Assembly (NCBI GenBank): GCA_026936335.1
Contig: JAPMXV010000044.1
Location: 62,001-126,000 of the forward strand
DNA: 64,000 nucleotides
Source of the DNA: Mantamonas sphyraenae STR306
Lineage: Eukaryota > Protista > CRuMs
Direction of reading: 5' to 3'
In this document: piece after piece, positions 1-10,602 of the stretch
How the letters are laid out: every line of letters starts with the position of its first letter
Position numbering within the stretch: position 1 is the first letter of the stretch
Notes under the pieces: model-generated
What the model was told of the DNA's origin: nothing
Database searches by the model: none
Seen by the model: the letters and a program-made list of their open reading frames with translations, nothing else
Program-made: the position numbers and the translations under genes

Positions 1-1038
1 GTTGGGATCCAAGGCCACCACCTGTCGCAGCTCGTCCAGGCTGCGTTCCAGGTTGCCGGCCTCTTGCAGGGCCCCGGCGAGCTGGTAGCGGTAGGTTGGA
101 TCGGGAGAAACCTGGACAGCACGTTCGAAGCAGGCCACCGCGGCTTTGTAATCGCCGAGGGCACGATAAGCATTTCCCAGGTTGTTGTGTGTGTTTGCTT
201 GTTGCGGATCCAGCTCGATGGACTTTCGAAACACACGGACGGCGTCACTGTGTTGGCCCAGCTGGGCGAGCAGATTGCCGTAGTTGTACCACGTGCGTCC
301 GTTGGCACTGTCGAGGTCCAGTGCCCGCTTGTATGCATCACTGGCCTCTTGGATGCGGCCAAGGTTCTTGAGGGCCGCCCCTCGGTTGGCGTGTGCATCG
401 GCAAAGGTGGGACGCAACGCAAGCGCCTGGTCATAGTCTGCCACAGCACGAGGCAGTTGGTTGAGCATGTGCAGGATGGTACCACGCATAAAATAGTCCA
501 GAGACAGGCTGTGTTTGCCCTGGTCGGACGAGAGGTCAAGTTCACGTCGGTGGAGGGCGACAAGAGCTGTGTACGAGTCGACTGCGGCGGCATACCTGCC
601 TAGGATACGCTGGGCCGTGGCCAGCTTGGCCAAACCAGGGGAGAAGGATGGAGCCAGGCGTCGCACTTCTTGCAACGCCGCCTCTTGCTCCGCGTGCTTT
701 CGCTGGCGTTCGTAGACGGAGGCGAGATGGAAGTGGCCATTGGGGTTGTTTGGATACAGGCGCGTGGCGTCCTGGGCACACACCAGGGCGGCGTCGAGGT
801 CGTTGGCGTTAAACAGACGCACTGTTTCTTGGAGGAGGGCCTGGGCGTCAACAGATCCGGCGGGCCGAGAAGCAAGGGCGGCGCAGAGGACACCTCGTGC
901 GCGGCCGTGCGAGTGGCTAATCTTTGTTTTGGCCTTTGCGGCAGCCCGGCGCAAGGTGGGGCGTGCGTGCACGTGGTGCAGAAGCACAAGCAACACAAGG
1001 AGCAGATGGAGGTGGAGGAGTTTGCAGCGACGGGACAT
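1..1038 (-). CDS. Signal-peptide TPR-repeat protein, 5' part only (runs off the window edge); probable OGT-like paralogue
   Basis: Absent from the ORF track because it has no stop in the window. Hand translation from ATG 1038 is open to position 1: MSRRCKLLHLHLLLVLLVLLHHVHA|RPTLRR..., then canonical TPRs (e.g. ADAHANRGAALKNLGRIQEASDAYKRALDLD, ANTHNNLGNAYRALGDYKAAVACFERAVQVSP). Confidence 0.85.
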   Translation of the reverse strand, partial: MSRRCKLLHLHLLLVLLVLLHHVHARPTLRRAAAKAKTKISHSHGRARGVLCAALASRPAGSVDAQALLQETVRLFNANDLDAALVCAQDATRLYPNNPNGHFHLASVYERQRKHAEQEAALQEVRRLAPSFSPGLAKLATAQRILGRYAAAVDSYTALVALHRRELDLSSDQGKHSLSLDYFMRGTILHMLNQLPRAVADYDQALALRPTFADAHANRGAALKNLGRIQEASDAYKRALDLDSANGRTWYNYGNLLAQLGQHSDAVRVFRKSIELDPQQANTHNNLGNAYRALGDYKAAVACFERAVQVSPDPTYRYQLAGALQEAGNLERSLDELRQVVALDPN

Positions 1039-1121
1039 GGGCGACGGAAAAAGGACTGGCCGCGGTGGTGCGCTTGCGAAGCCGCGCACAGGCAACCAAC
1101 CCCAAATTCGAACCAGACAGC

Positions 1122-1708
1122 ATGTTTTCGCGCAGCGCAAAGAGCAGCACGCAGTGTGTGTCCCCTTTGGTGGACGCCCTGCGCAGCCAGGCGTACTCGT
1201 CGGGCCAGCGCATCCGCGCGGGCTCGGTAAACAAGGTGACCCTGCTGGGCAATGCCGCAAAGGGTGAGTGAGAGTGCACTCGTGTGTAGCAGATGGGACA
1301 GAAGAGAGGAGAGGGAAAGGCAGGGGAAATGGGGTGGTGCTGGATGGTTGGGCAAGAAGAATTGTGACTGACTCAGGACGAGCAGAGCCTGAGGTGACCG
1401 AGTTTTCCAACGGCAACTCGGTGACAAAGTTCTCACTGGCCACGAACGAGTCGTGGAAGAACGCACAGGGGGAGTATGTAACCAACACGGAGTGGCACAA
1501 CGTGTGTGTGTGGAGCGACGCGCTGCAGGACGTGGCCAACAAGTACGTGCGCCGCGGGTCCATGGTCTACCTCGAGGGCAAGATCACCAGCTACACGTAC
1601 AAGGGCAATGATGGAGAGGAACGCAAGGGAGTGCAGATCGACGTTCCGCGCTACTCGGGTGTGCTGCAGGTGTTGTCTCAGGATGGCGAGGATGAGGTGC
1701 CCATTTGA
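1122..1708 (+). CDS. SSBP1: Mitochondrial single-stranded DNA-binding protein (SSB/RIM1 family), 1 intron (~1264-1376)
   Basis: Presequence-like MFSRSAKSS..., then SVNKVTLLGN, FSLATNESWK, TEWHNVCVW and RRGSMVYLEGKI, which are SSB OB-fold motifs. GTGAGT donor at 1264. Confidence 0.9.
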
Positions 1709-1737
1709 AGCGGGAAAGAACGCGGCAGCGTTCATGT

Positions 1738-2868
1738 TCATTTGCTCGAGCCAAATGCAGCCTCAAACAATGCAGCCATCCCAGAGTCTTTGCTGAGGCC
1801 ATGTTGCTCCTGATAGGAGTGGTAGGAGTCGAGGATTTTGGAGTATGCGTCTTGGAAAAGGACCTGTGGGCCGTCAACAGCGCCGCTTGCGTTGCCACCC
1901 GAGCTGCTTGAGCTGTTGCGTGTGTTCTTGTGCGTGCTGCTGAGTGCAATGATGGCCATGAGCACGCCGTACAGTGCCCGTTTGGGCTGCTTGTCGTTGA
2001 GTTCCAGAGCCAAGAGGTAGTGACGCAGGGCGGTGCGTTGGTTTTCCGAGCCACCTTGCGTGTAGAGGATCTATGCAAGGCAAAACGGGTGCCATGTGAG
2101 CAATCTGGGTGGGCTGGATATGCGTGTGGGAGGGTGGCAACCTACATCGGCATAGATACAGTGGTTGAGGTAATCTGTGGGTTCCGCCAGGAGCAACTCT
2201 TCATAGGCAAACTGCGCCGACGCATAGTCCTCCAGGGCCAGGTATAACTCGCCAAGCTGCTGCCACGCAGATGTGTCTGCAGCAAACACGCGCAGATACT
2301 CCATCAACTGCTCGACAGCTGTGCGCAGATCGTGTTGCTGCTTGTGCAAACTGATGATGCGCTTCCAAACGGCCTGTGTGAGGAGGGAAGAACGCGTGTC
2401 AGCCACCCCGTGTGACGCCACACAGTCCTGTGGAGGATGACACCTACCGCATCCGTGCCGTCTTCACGTAGCATCCCCTCGTACGTCTCAAGAGCCTCGA
2501 ACCACCTCTCCTGCTGCTCCAGCAGCAGGGCTTCGAGCTTGCGCACTCGCGACGAGTCTGGCAGCTCGCGCTGCAGGGATTCCAGACAGGATGAGGCGAT
2601 GTCTGTGCAGTTGCACTCCAGAGCAGCAAGAAACACACGCTCGTACGTGCTCCACACTGGGTGTGGGAATGGTGGCGTCAGTGGACCCGGTGTGCTGCCG
2701 CACAACTCACTCCCAACGCCAAAACGTTCCGCGCGCTCCCACTCGCTCACATTGGTCTCCGTGAAGCCAGTCTTTGTGTTTGCACAGCACCTCCCATCCC
2801 AATTCAAGCACCTGCTGGCTATCCTGTGGCCCAAGCTTCTTCAGTGCGTCGATTTTCTCTGTGGCCAT
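1738..2868 (-). CDS. EMC2: ER membrane protein complex subunit 2 (TPR protein), 3 introns
   Basis: Joined exons give WSTYERVFLAALE, PDSSRVRKLEALLLE, DTSAWQQLGELYL, AQFAYEELLLAEP and KRALYG, matching EMC2/TTC35. Confidence 0.88.
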
Positions 2869-3004
2869 GGCTGCTTGCGCTGGCTGAGATGGCGCAGTGG
2901 AGAATGGCCACACAACGGACTTCCATGCCTGGGGTGCAGGTGCATGTGCACATGGCAACAGCAATTGCACGCGTTCCGCAGCAAGCAAAATCCAGCCAGA
3001 AAAG

Positions 3005-5590
3005 ATGTCGCGCATGACCTCAGCGTACAGCGTCACATCGCGCAGTCGAAGGCCACAGAGTAGTGGAAACAGGAACAGCAGCAGCAGCAGCAGCAGCGGC
3101 AGCGTCGTGGGGGACCGTGCAAGACGCGCAGGAACATCGAAAATGGTTGAATTTGCAAACGTCAACCGAGTGACACCTGTCAAGAAGAGGGACTTTTTGA
3201 CGCTCAGCGTGAGCTACCGCATTTCTGGGGAGCCTCACTTGTACCGGTGGACCAATGAGCTGCAGGTGCATGTGGATCCGCCTCAAAACAACGCGTTTTT
3301 CGCGTTGGTGTTTGGGGAGCAGGAGGGCGAGCAGGAGGCCCAGCAAACCAGGCAGAGAGAAGCGTTGGCAGAGATGCTGGAGCAAGCGCGCAAACGTGTG
3401 GTGAGTGTCGAGCGCCAAGAGCACGTGGACGTCGACTCGCAACGCGCGTCGAGTGGGCAGGAGCTTCAGGAGCTGCAGGAGAAACTTGAGAAGTTGGCGG
3501 AAATTTCCGCACGACCCGTGTCTGACGGGTCGCTCTTGGAAGAGTTTTTCCAGCATCGAGTGAGCGGAGAGCGCACTCTGTTTGCAGCTGCACACGTTGC
3601 CTTTCTTCACCGGGACGGGACACCCGTTGCAATCTGGGAAGAGAAACAACAGTTTGCCGGTGCGTCCGAAGCCCACTTTGGCACGTTTGCGCTCAACATG
3701 AACGAAGCGTACAGCGTGGTGGTGTCCCTGCGCTCTCCAGATATCGAGAGCATCGAGAGCATCATGATCAACGAGGTGCCGCTGGCGATTGTGGAGCACA
3801 AGAGGCGGATCCACGGGCACGCGGTGCTGGTCTCCTTCGACATGGCGGACTTTTTCGACTTTGCCTGCGTGGATGCAGAGCACGAGTTTGAGAAGCACAC
3901 TGTGGTGAAGCCTGCAAAATGTGCTCTTTGCCAGGGGCCTGTTTGGGGCATGTTTTCCGCAGCTCAGCAGTGTGTGCGGTGTGATCGACTCGTGCACAAG
4001 GATTGCGTGAAGCATGTGCACAACGACTGTGGTGTGGACATGCTCACACAGCCGCTGAAGCTCAAGCGGCTTGTGTTGCCTGGCCAACGCGTGAAGAAGG
4101 TTGCGGTGCCAGTGACGCTGGATCGCAACGGCAGGGACGAGGAGCAGTGGGTAGAGGACGGTGACGTGCATGACACTGCAGATGATGATTACACATCCAG
4201 TGAGGACGAGGCTTCCGTGGATGAGACCGAGGTGTATGTCAACGCGCAGGAGGACGAGGAGAACAGCGTGCTCAAGTCGCATGCGATCCAGGACATCATC
4301 AGCAACACGCTGGTTCGTCAGTTTTCACAAGAGAACATGATGAGTGCGCTGGGGCAGACAAAACGACACGTGGAGACGAGTATGGGAGGATCGTCATCGT
4401 CGTCGGCCTCGTTGTCGTCTGCCTCGACCCCATCTCCCTCAACAGTATCGCCTCACACTCGATACTGGAACAGCGCCGCGTCACGTCTGGGTCTGCACTT
4501 TGACGAGCTGTCGCCCATGGTGCGATCCATGGAGGGAGTGCGGATTCGCGGGAGGAGTGAGAGCACAGCTAGCGCATGGAGCGAGACGGAACGCAAGGTG
4601 ACGGTGATGATCATGTTGGATGACATCACAGAGAGGCGCACGGTGGATTTGGCCAAGGAGAATCCGAACAAGGCGGTGTGGCAGCTGGTGCGGGACTTTG
4701 GAGAGGTGTTTGTCGACGAACATGTGCAGGACTGGGAAGGAAACCACCCGTTTGGCTACTTTGTGCCAAAGGGAAACAGCCAAAAGAGATGGAAGGAGCT
4801 GAAGGAGGCGGCGACTCGTTCGACGCTGCAAACGTCTGTGGGTGTGTGGCTGGAACCGAAGCGGACGCTGTTGGAAGAGGAGGCGCTGCTGCGAGACGGC
4901 AGCGTGATTGTTTTCACCAGCCAGGTTTTGTTTGTGCGAGATAAGCAGCACAAGCTGCGAACGACAACATTGACCAATCCGCACAACTGTGGCCACTGCA
5001 ACAAGTTCATTTGGGGACTGGTCAAGCAGGCCAAGCGATGCGACGACTGCAACTTTGTGTGCCACCATGCATGTGCAGAAAACGCAGAAGCAAACTGTTT
5101 GCTGTGGGAGATCAAGTCGCACGAGGGTCGAGGGCACCAGGAGGTCTTTGACTTTCTTCAGCGCTTTGACCCGTCCGCCATCCGCAGACTAGAGTCTTCG
5201 TCTGGGCGATCTAGCCCCAATGGAGAGGATGGAGATGAGAAAGTGAGCAACGAGGCTCTGGACCTGGCAGAGGCGGTGGTGAGGATCCAGACTGGATGGC
5301 GGATCCATCGAGCGGCGAATCTGATGCGGCGCGTCAAAGCACGTGCTCGGCGTGTGGAGCAGCTGGCCGACGAAGAAGGTGGCCTCAGCGATGGAGACAG
5401 CACAGACAGCAGCCCTGTGATGGTGCTGACGGAGGAAGTGGGGACAAAGTGGGATGCCGAGGAGGATCATGCGGCACGTGTGATCCAAGCCGCTTGGAGG
5501 CTTCGTGGAGCCATCCGCAGGACTCGGGACATTGTGTACGCGGCTGTACAGCGCCAGTACGAGCTGGAGTCGCTGGCACAGGACGATTGA
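3005..5590 (+). CDS. Protein with two C1 (DAG/phorbol-type zinc finger) domains and two IQ motifs
   Basis: C1 domains HEFEKHTVVKPAKCALC...C..C...VHKDC...C and HKLRTTTLTNPHNCGHC...C..C...CHHAC...C. IQ-like motifs RIQTGWRIHRA and VIQAAWRLRGA. Single long ORF. Confidence 0.8.
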   Translation: MSRMTSAYSVTSRSRRPQSSGNRNSSSSSSSGSVVGDRARRAGTSKMVEFANVNRVTPVKKRDFLTLSVSYRISGEPHLYRWTNELQVHVDPPQNNAFFALVFGEQEGEQEAQQTRQREALAEMLEQARKRVVSVERQEHVDVDSQRASSGQELQELQEKLEKLAEISARPVSDGSLLEEFFQHRVSGERTLFAAAHVAFLHRDGTPVAIWEEKQQFAGASEAHFGTFALNMNEAYSVVVSLRSPDIESIESIMINEVPLAIVEHKRRIHGHAVLVSFDMADFFDFACVDAEHEFEKHTVVKPAKCALCQGPVWGMFSAAQQCVRCDRLVHKDCVKHVHNDCGVDMLTQPLKLKRLVLPGQRVKKVAVPVTLDRNGRDEEQWVEDGDVHDTADDDYTSSEDEASVDETEVYVNAQEDEENSVLKSHAIQDIISNTLVRQFSQENMMSALGQTKRHVETSMGGSSSSSASLSSASTPSPSTVSPHTRYWNSAASRLGLHFDELSPMVRSMEGVRIRGRSESTASAWSETERKVTVMIMLDDITERRTVDLAKENPNKAVWQLVRDFGEVFVDEHVQDWEGNHPFGYFVPKGNSQKRWKELKEAATRSTLQTSVGVWLEPKRTLLEEEALLRDGSVIVFTSQVLFVRDKQHKLRTTTLTNPHNCGHCNKFIWGLVKQAKRCDDCNFVCHHACAENAEANCLLWEIKSHEGRGHQEVFDFLQRFDPSAIRRLESSSGRSSPNGEDGDEKVSNEALDLAEAVVRIQTGWRIHRAANLMRRVKARARRVEQLADEEGGLSDGDSTDSSPVMVLTEEVGTKWDAEEDHAARVIQAAWRLRGAIRRTRDIVYAAVQRQYELESLAQDD

Positions 5591-5654
5591 CAGGGGTGAG
5601 CGAGTGAGAGGGAGCGATGCCGGGTGCAGAGCGACTTTGCACCCACAACAAACA

Positions 5655-7764
5655 ATGAGCTCTGCTGGTGCATCATCGTCTTCGTCTTCGTCGTCTAGGA
5701 CGAGCGCAGGAGAATCAAACTTCCAGGAGAATGTCAAGGGAGACACAGTGCGCCTGAGCAACATCACGGCAGCCAAGGGTGGGTTGGATGCAGGGCGGCC
5801 GTTTCTGGTCGTTGGCGCGCAGGTCGAAGCGAACAAGGCAAAGGAGGAGGTGCTGACACACAACTACGTTGCACAGGCATTGCCGAAGCGGTGCGTACAT
5901 CGCTGGGCCCGCGTGGTATGGACAAGATGATCGTGGACTCGCGTGGCGACGTCGTGATCACCAACGACGGCGCGACGATCCTGAAGCAGCTGCAGGTGCA
6001 CCACCCGGCAGCCAAGATGGTGAGTGAGACCCACCGCCAAAGGGCATTGTTATGGAGAGCGTGCCGAGAGGCCTGTGGAGGAGGATAGGCGTGCGAGACG
6101 TTGCGTGCATGTGTGAGAGGAGGGCTGCTGGCACATTGGTGGCGCGCGGCAATTCCGCATGTTCTTCACCGTGCCTTCCCGGACGGCGCGGCGCGCACGA
6201 GGGCAGCGAGGAGCACGTCAACAAACAGGCCGAGCGCAGAGTATGGGTGTGCGGGGCGGAGACAGACGGTGTGTGAGAGGCAGAGATCATGTGCATGGAG
6301 AGACTGGGGCGGCCAAGTGTTTTTTTCGTGCGTTTTGGCGCCAAGTCCCTCTGTGGCGTTCTGAGAGACTGACACAGACGTGTGCACCCTCAGCTGGTGG
6401 AACTGAGTGCTTCGCAGGACGTAGAGGCTGGCGACGGAACCACAAGCGTGGTGGTAATTGCCGGTGCGCTGCTGGGCGCCGCTCTGCAGCTGCTGGAGCG
6501 CGGCATCCACCCTCGCACGATCTCGGACGCGTACCAGACAGCTGTGCTGGAGGCGGAGAAGATCCTGGAGAGCATGGCCATCCCCGTGGATCTGGAGGAC
6601 CGTGACAAGATCTTGGATGCAGCGACGACATCCCTGTCGTCCAAGGTGGTGTCGCAGTACAGCAATGTGATTGCGCCGGTGGCCGTGGACGCCGTGCTGC
6701 GCATCATCGACCCGCAAGAGTCGACCAACGTGGATCTGAACGACATCCGTGTGGTGAAGCGTTTGGGAGGCACCATCGACGACACGGAGCTGGTGGACGG
6801 GTTTGTGTTCAACCAGCGCGCCAGCAAGGCAGCCAACGGGCCGACCAACATCAAGGACGCCAAGATTGCGCTGATCCAGTTTCAGCTGAGCCCGCCCAAG
6901 ACGGACGTGGAGAACAACGTGATTGTGACGGACTACAAGCAGATCGACCGCATCCTGAAGGAGGAGCGTCGTTACATTGTGGGTCTGTGCAACCAGATCA
7001 AGGCAAGCGGCTGCAACGTGCTGCTGATCCAAAAGTCCATCCTGCGTGATGCGGTGAACGACGTGGCCCTGCATTTCCTGGCCAAGAAGGGCATCATGGT
7101 CATCCGCGACATTGAGCGCGACGAGGTGGAGTTCATCTGCAAGACGCTGGGCTGCAAGCCGTGCGCATACCCTGACTCGGTGACGGAGGACAAGCTGGGC
7201 TATGCCGAACAGGTGCAGGAGGTGGCCGGCTCGGACGGCTCCAAGTTGGTCAAGGTGACCGGCGTGCAGAACCCGGGCAAGACAGTGACGGTGGTTGTGC
7301 GCGGCTCCAACAAGCTGGTGTTGGACGAGGCCGAACGTTCCATCCACGACGCACTGTGTGTGGTGCGCTGCCTGGTCAAGAAGCGATTCATGATTGCCGG
7401 CGGAGGCTGCGCCGAGACGGAGCTGGCTGTGCAGCTGGGCCAGCTGGCCAACACGCTCACGGGTGTGGAGAGCTACTGCATCAAGGCGTACGCCGAGGCG
7501 CTGGAGGTTGTGCCGAGCACGCTGGCCGAGAACGCCGGTCTGCACCCCATCGAGATTGTCACAGAGCTCAGGAAGCAGCACTTTGAGGCGGGTGACTCGG
7601 CCGAGGAAAAGTCTCTGGGCCTGGACGTCAAGAAGGGCAAGATTGCAAACATGTTGGAGAAGAACGTGGTGCAGCCGCTGCTGGTCACCCTCAGCGCACT
7701 TACGCTCGCCACCGAGACCGTGCGTATGATCCTCAAGATTGACGACATCGTCGGTGTCAGATAA
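5655..7764 (+). CDS. CCT4: T-complex protein 1 subunit delta (CCT4), introns ~5779-5876 and 6020-6393
   Basis: [50 protein letters not shown] and [21 protein letters not shown]; C-terminus [13 protein letters not shown]. Confidence 0.96.
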
Positions 7765-7929
7765 ATGGAGTGACGGCAAATGAGAGACAGGGGCAGAGAG
7801 AGAGAGAGAGAGATGATGGAATGCAGACGGATTGGTCCGGACGTGTCGGGATTCGGAAGGAAACCAATAAGAAGAACACTTCCGCGCAGTTGGCACCACC
7901 ACAAACCAGGCACAGACCAACAAACAACA

Positions 7930-8238
7930 ATGAGCAAAAGCGACGACTACGCCACACAGTTGGACGAATTGATCGAGAACAACGACGTGCTGGTGCTTTC
8001 CAAGAGCTGGTGCGGCTTCTGCGCCGACACGAAGTTCACGCTGAAGCAACTGAAGCTGGAACCCAAGATCCTCGAGCTCGATGAAATGGCCGAGGGAAGC
8101 AAGTTGCAGAGTGCCATGACCGTACGCGAAGGCCACCGTACGGTGCCGGGTGTCTGGATCAAGCAGACGTTCGTTGGTGGCAATTCCGACCTGCAGAAAC
8201 TCGTCAAGAACGGCGGGCTGAAGGAGCTGCTGGCATGA
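7930..8238 (+). CDS. Dithiol glutaredoxin, copy 1 (CGFC active site)
   Basis: SKSWCGFC, HRTVPGVWI and FVGGNSDL are class I Grx motifs. Confidence 0.93.
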   Translation: MSKSDDYATQLDELIENNDVLVLSKSWCGFCADTKFTLKQLKLEPKILELDEMAEGSKLQSAMTVREGHRTVPGVWIKQTFVGGNSDLQKLVKNGGLKELLA

Positions 8239-8384
8239 GGGAAGGACAAACACGCACATTCGAAAGCAGGGAAAACGAGGTGGTCAGCACTTGCGTGTTT
8301 GTCGGACGCAGCGCAACCCAGAAAGTGCGCGTGGTTGCGCCCGCCTGACCACCACCAACACATCACCTTCATACACAACCACAA

Positions 8385-8693
8385 ATGAGCAACAGCGACG
8401 ACTACGCCACACAGCTGGACGATTTGATCGAGAACAATGACGTGCTGGTGCTTTCCAAGAGCTGGTGTCCGTACTGTGCAAGCACCAAGTCGACGCTTCG
8501 CAGCTACGATGCCGAACCCAAGGTGTTGGAGCTCGATGAAATGACCGAGGGAAGCAAGTTGCAAAGTGCCATGACCTCTCGCGAGGGCCACCGTACGGTG
8601 CCAGGTGTCTGGATCAAGCAGAAGTTCATCGGCGGCAATTCAGACCTGCAGAAACTGGTCAAGAATGGCGAACTGAAGCAGCTGCTGGCATGA
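8385..8693 (+). CDS. Dithiol glutaredoxin, copy 2 (CPYC)
   Basis: SKSWCPYC, TVP and IGGNSDL; nearly collinear with copy 1. Confidence 0.94.
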   Translation: MSNSDDYATQLDDLIENNDVLVLSKSWCPYCASTKSTLRSYDAEPKVLELDEMTEGSKLQSAMTSREGHRTVPGVWIKQKFIGGNSDLQKLVKNGELKQLLA

Positions 8694-8990
8694 GGCAAAA
8701 TGAGGCATAAAATCGCACCACCGCTCCTTTGTACAGCAAACCATACCCGTTCCCCTCACTCGAAGCAGCCGGACGCGACCGGAGATTTCTCTCGATTCCA
8801 TTTTCCGGACTTTGCCGTGAACGTCCTCAGCGACCCTGGCGCTTCACTCGCGCGGGGGTCGCACATTTCACACATGTCCATCGCAAGTGAGGCAAGCAGT
8901 TTGCTCCGTGGCGCACATTCGTCCCCCTCCCGCAGCGACGGCACACATGTCGCAACGACGCGAACGGGAGCCCAAACGTTTTCCGCGGAC

Positions 8991-9326
8991 ATGGGCAACG
9001 AAGCAAGCCAAGAAGACAAGGCAAAAGCTCTCGAGCAACTGGACGAACTCATCGACAACAACGACGTGGTGGTGCTGTCAAAGTCGTGGTGTCCATATTG
9101 TCAGGCGACAAAAGACACGCTCGCAGCATTCAAAGCTTCTCCCAAGGTCCTGGAGATTGACCAACGCAGTGACGGCCCAGCGCTACAAGCAGCCGTTGCA
9201 GAAAAGGAGGGCCACACCACAGTGCCCGCCATCTGGATTCGCGGCGAGTTCATCGGTGGCAACTCCGATCTGGAGGCGCTGGAGGACGCCGGCGAACTCG
9301 AGGCCAAGCTTGCCGGCTCCGGCTGA
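8991..9326 (+). CDS. Dithiol glutaredoxin, copy 3 (CPYC), with a putative N-myristoylation start
   Basis: MGNEASQEDK..., SKSWCPYC, HTTVPAIWI and FIGGNSDL. Confidence 0.92.
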   Translation: MGNEASQEDKAKALEQLDELIDNNDVVVLSKSWCPYCQATKDTLAAFKASPKVLEIDQRSDGPALQAAVAEKEGHTTVPAIWIRGEFIGGNSDLEALEDAGELEAKLAGSG

Positions 9327-9426
9327 GCCACACGTGCATGCAAAACGCAAAACAAACAACCTGTGCTCCAAACTTGGTCCCCCTTTTATGCATTTTGCAG
9401 TTGTGCAACGTCCATGTTCCCTCTCA

Positions 9427-10489
9427 TCACCCAAAGCGTGCGAGTCGTGCTTGGCGCAGCCGTTCACGTTCCTCCTCGTCCAGCTCCTTCTTTCCACTGC
9501 TGCTGCTCTCGCCCTCTGTCCCAGACGACGAAGACCACCATGATGACGACGATGCATCGTCTCCCGTGCGCGATTGACCGCTCCCACTGCTGCTTCCGCC
9601 CAGTGTTTGTCCCGTACCTTTCCCGCCGTTTGTCATCTCAATGTCAGTCCCTGTTTCTCTCTCATCCCGCACATGGTCCTTCTTGTCCCCACTTACCCTG
9701 GAATGCTGTCACCCCTGCGCTTCCACTTGCGTTCTCTTGCATCGCCTGCTCAGCATTGCTCGGCGTGCCCAGACCCATCTGCTCCGCCACAGACGCCGGC
9801 AGCATGCACTGTGCCCAGTCGCCCATCCATGCCAGTCGGTTCACCCACGCTGGGATGCTTTTGTCCAGCAATCGCTCGCACAGCGCGTTCGAAAAGTGGT
9901 TGCAATTCCTGTTCCGCCATTTCCGCCCACCCACGCCACACACCGCAAAGAACACACGCCGTCATGTCAGCCACCTGCCTCACCAACCCCTCTTGCCCCA
10001 TCGTCTTCTCCCATCCACTCCCTTGAAAACCATCTTTTCCACACCTACCTCTCCAAGACGTGGTACTTGTTTCCGGGCCAATCCGCCATCATGCTCTGAA
10101 CCACGCTGTGCACCTGCGACGCACTCATCTGCACCTCGCCCATCACCAAACTCTCACGAAACGTCACGTTTGGTGTGTCCGGGATCTCTCGTGGTGGCAT
10201 ATCAAACACCCCCGTCGAGTCAAAGTCGTGCCCGCCGAATGTGTACTCTGCTCGTGCATTCTACCGTGTCAGGCCATCAAACCGGAACCTTCCGTCGGCC
10301 ACCATCTCCTTCCCTGACTTCATTTCCCCCGTATCCATCCCGCGTCGTTCCACCACCCAACCACGCTCCAGCCTCACCTTTCTCGCCAATCTCCACACCC
10401 GTGTGGAAGACCCCCATGCCAAAGCTGTACAAAAAGTCGTTCACCGGAGCCATGTCGTACACATTCAAGTACACCGTGAGTGTGCTCAT
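9427..10489 (-). CDS. DESI2: PPPDE/DeSI family isopeptidase (DESI2-like), 3 introns
   Basis: VYLNVYDM...GVFHTGVEI, EYTFGGH and Y.VLE.NCNHFS (catalytic His and Cys), IPAWVNRLA; C-terminus RQARLARFG. Confidence 0.88.
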
Positions 10490-10602
10490 CTTCTTTGTCA
10501 GCGAGGCCCTTGCCTGCGCCGACGCGGCCACGGCAAACTCCCACCCTTCAAACCCCACCTCCCTGCCCACCCACCCACCCACACTCAGACACACACACAA
10601 AC

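Noticed and set aside
6166-8259. Long antisense ORFs (e.g. 6166-8259, 31490-33874, 39620-42508, 24933-26516, 3020-4282)
   Set aside because: They are shadow ORFs opposite well-supported GC3-rich genes, with no motifs of their own.
8738-8830. RNase MRP/P or snR30/U17 RNA (GGCAAAGTCCGG on the minus strand; AAACCAT on the plus strand)
   Set aside because: The partner conserved elements (CR-V; m1 ATATTCCTA) were not found in the required arrangement.
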